DNA from: a virus
IMG/VR virus record: IMGVR_UViG_3300020281_000010
Length of the DNA stretch: 64,000 nt
Direction: 5' to 3' (one strand)
This document shows, piece by piece, positions 63,338 through 64,000 of the stretch. Below the pieces are notes generated by a model that made no database searches, was not told where the DNA came from, and was given only the letters and a program-made list of their open reading frames with translations. The first letter of the stretch is position 1; the number at the start of each line of letters is the position of its first letter. The translations under genes were made by a program, and so were the position numbers.

Positions 63338-64000
63338 TGGCAAAAGCAGCACCCAAGTTACAAATAAGAAACTTTCTTCCTGTCACTACCTCAGGTATGG
63401 ACAAGAAAGATCCTGCTATGTCAATGACCTTGGCAGTCAATAGACTCGGAGCAACGGTAACTGATGTAGGTAAAATCCTAACCAGTTCACATCAAGCGAG
63501 ACTAGATGCAGCGTATCAGGTGCAAGGAAGAAGATCTTTAGCACAAGACAGGGCGAGAGAGAAACAGATTGAGAAGAAGACAGCAGAAAATATTGACAAG
63601 GAGTCAGAAGCAAGAGGATATAAGAAGGGTGGCAGTGGTATCTTTGGACTGCTATCACCACTGATCGAACCTCTAATTCAATTTGCAGGTACTCTTGCAA
63701 CGTTCTTTGCATTGGATTTCTTATCCAAGAAAGAGAACCGACAGGCGATCGAGACTGGTTTCTCGTGGATCGGTAAGTGGTTGGGAACCGTATGGAAAAT
63801 TGGATCGAAGGGTTTCTCTATGCTCTACGATGGTCTGTTCGATCCAGATGGCAACGATGGACCTCTAATGAGAGCACTGAAAGTTGTAGGTGGTCTCGCA
63901 AGTATTTTTGTAGCAGGTAGAATATTAAGACCGTGGAAGATAGCGGGAGACATAGGCAAACTATCTAAACTATTCTCAGGAAACAGAAAGGCAGGAGTAA
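63337..64000 (+). CDS. Tape-measure / baseplate-hub-like protein, 3'-truncated by window edge
   Basis: Open frame MAKAAPKLQIRNF... to window end; helical and Gly-rich; follows g26/g51. Confidence 0.65.
   Translation, partial: MAKAAPKLQIRNFLPVTTSGMDKKDPAMSMTLAVNRLGATVTDVGKILTSSHQARLDAAYQVQGRRSLAQDRAREKQIEKKTAENIDKESEARGYKKGGSGIFGLLSPLIEPLIQFAGTLATFFALDFLSKKENRQAIETGFSWIGKWLGTVWKIGSKGFSMLYDGLFDPDGNDGPLMRALKVVGGLASIFVAGRILRPWKIAGDIGKLSKLFSGNRKAGV

Overview
64 kb of a T4-like marine cyanophage genome (cyanomyovirus, Synechococcus/Prochlorococcus-type host), almost fully coding and mostly on the + strand. It holds the replication/recombination core (g47, g46, g45, g44, g62, regA, g43, uvsX, g41, g61, nrdAB, rnh, thyX, g33, g32) and auxiliary metabolic genes (psbA, three hli, talC, phoH, mazG, hsp20, glutaredoxin, seven 2OG-Fe(II) oxygenases). 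It also holds two tRNAs, several structured RNAs, a late-expressed block of probable head-internal proteins (25.1-34.8 kb) and the start of the baseplate/tail module. No CRISPR array, transposase, intron or intein was seen. The strongest leads are: (1) a candidate programmed -1 frameshift fusing the gp26-like and gp51-like genes just upstream of a tape-measure/hub-like gene, like lambda G-GT; (2) tandem glutamine-riboswitch-like aptamers, the second split by a 56-aa ORF, upstream of YRG-motif peptides; (3) late-expressed enzymes and modular polyproteins with capsid-targeting-like N-termini, Glu-rich module boundaries, 11-mer amphipathic repeats and glycine zippers; (4) a recurrent GTGNCAC box + hairpin + -10 promoter layout; (5) RpaB/HLR1-like boxes at the hli and psbA promoters. 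All family assignments come from motifs recognised by eye and from memory; no database searches were run.
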